A stretch of 64,000 bases of DNA from an uncultured Bacteroidota bacterium. Its GTDB lineage: Bacteria; Bacteroidota; Bacteroidia; Flavobacteriales_D; Parvicellaceae. The stretch spans positions 3,400 through 67,399 of the forward strand of contig CACAYQ010000001.1 of assembly GCA_902536695.1 (NCBI GenBank). Direction: 5' to 3'. A program made the position numbers and the translations under genes. The first letter of the stretch is position 1. The number at the start of each line of letters is the position of its first letter. Below the pieces are notes generated by a model. It was not told the DNA's origin. It ran no database searches and worked only from the letters and a program-made list of their open reading frames with translations. Below are positions 63,085 through 64,000 of the stretch, piece after piece.

Positions 63085-64000
63085 ATGAATAATTACGCCA
63101 CTGTTGAACAAGCCGTAGAACTAGGATTACTAGAAGCTGAGTTTCATAAAATTTGTGAAATACTTGATAGGAAACCCAATTTCACGGAGTTAAGTATTTA
63201 CTCCGTAATGTGGTCTGAGCATTGTTCTTATAAAAATTCAATTAAGTGGTTAAAAACACTTCCTAAGGATGGTCCACACATGTTGGTGAAAGCGGGTGAG
63301 GAGAACGCAGGTTTAGTTGATATTGGAGATGGTCTTGCCTGTGCATTCAAAATAGAATCACATAATCATCCTAGTGCATTGGAACCTTATCAAGGTGCTG
63401 CTACGGGTGTAGGTGGGATTAATCGGGATATTTTTACCATGGGTGCAAGACCAATTGCACAAATGAACTCATTACGTTTTGGAGAATATGGTAATGATAG
63501 AACAAAGTGGTTATTAAAAGGAGTGGTGAAAGGAATTGGAGACTATGGTAATTCATTTGGAGTTCCTGTATTGTCTGGAGAGGTGTTTTTTGATAAAAGC
63601 TACGATCAAAATCCATTGGTAAATGCCTTTTCAGCTGGCATTATGAACACGGATCACCTCATTTCAGCTAAGGCAGCAGGACCAGGAAATCCGGTATTCA
63701 TTGTGGGTTCTTCAACTGGAAAAGACGGTATTCACGGAGCGGCTTTTGCTTCTAAGGATATTACGGAAGAATCCATGGATGACCTTCCAGCAGTTCAAGT
63801 TGGAGATCCGTTCCAGGAAAAGCTTCTTTTGGAAGCTAGTCTAGAATTAGCCAAGACAGATATCATAGTCGGTATGCAAGACATGGGTGCAGCTGGAATA
63901 ACATGTTCTACTTCTGAAATGAGTGCTGCAGGAGGAGTTGGGATGAACATTGACTTAGATAAGGTTCCAACTAGACAAAAAGATATGAAAGATTGGGAAA
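63085..64000 (+). CDS. purL: phosphoribosylformylglycinamidine synthase subunit PurL (N-terminal part; runs off the window end)
   Basis: Not in the ORF track (no stop in window). My translation from the ATG at 63085: [52 protein letters not shown]...[11 protein letters not shown]...[35 protein letters not shown]. These are canonical PurL strings. Confidence 0.92.
   Translation, partial: MNNYATVEQAVELGLLEAEFHKICEILDRKPNFTELSIYSVMWSEHCSYKNSIKWLKTLPKDGPHMLVKAGEENAGLVDIGDGLACAFKIESHNHPSALEPYQGAATGVGGINRDIFTMGARPIAQMNSLRFGEYGNDRTKWLLKGVVKGIGDYGNSFGVPVLSGEVFFDKSYDQNPLVNAFSAGIMNTDHLISAKAAGPGNPVFIVGSSTGKDGIHGAAFASKDITEESMDDLPAVQVGDPFQEKLLLEASLELAKTDIIVGMQDMGAAGITCSTSEMSAAGGVGMNIDLDKVPTRQKDMKDWE

Noticed and set aside
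1-64000. Search for tRNA, rRNA, IS elements, integrases, toxin-antitoxin pairs and CRISPR arrays.
   Set aside because: Every interval longer than about 100 bp not covered by a long ORF was read: 1127..1202, 4181..4259, 5968..6067, 47699..47901 and 62961..63084. None shows cloverleaf-type pairing, terminal inverted repeats or spaced direct repeats.

Overview
This is an AT-rich, very gene-dense chromosomal segment with about 44 CDS and almost no non-coding DNA. I assign it to Bacteroidota, probably a Flavobacteriia-type organism. The basis is T9SS type-A and type-B C-terminal sorting domains, a PorP/SprF gene and a TAnnTTTG-type promoter box. I saw no rRNA, tRNA, CRISPR array, transposase or integrase.

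Most of the window is housekeeping:
- dnaB (partial), accA, rpmH, uvrA, glpK-glpD, guaB and purL (partial).
- A menaquinone block: thioesterase-menF-menD-menB.
- Three SurA/PpiC-type chaperone genes.

More accessory content:
- A Wza/Wzc polysaccharide export module with wecA-like, rfbC, GT4 and asnB genes.
- Two divergent operons carrying AddB-like and AddA-like helicase-nuclease subunits. These sit alongside an MbnP-like lipoprotein, a di-haem peroxidase, a small conserved protein and a metallophosphoesterase.
- A T9SS-centred set: a 998-aa lysyl-endopeptidase-like protease, an 840-aa PKD/GEVED protein, a 2311-aa type-B-CTD adhesin with an embedded legume-type lectin domain, and a PorP/SprF-OmpA pair.

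The observations most worth following up are:
- A 1-nt homopolymer frameshift splits an orphan OmpR-type response regulator.
- Two T9SS cargo genes and a secreted glycerophosphodiesterase form one tightly coupled operon (ATGA overlap) next to glpD-glpK.
- The type-B cargo gene has no adjacent PorP/SprF partner.
- An MbnP/MbnH-like pair lies in the same gene string as the AddB-like gene.
- A (YG)9 tail in the Wzc-like kinase is partly encoded by a perfect hexanucleotide repeat.

I found no clearly novel multi-gene system such as a defence island. All domain calls come from reading motifs by eye; no database search or composition calculation was run.
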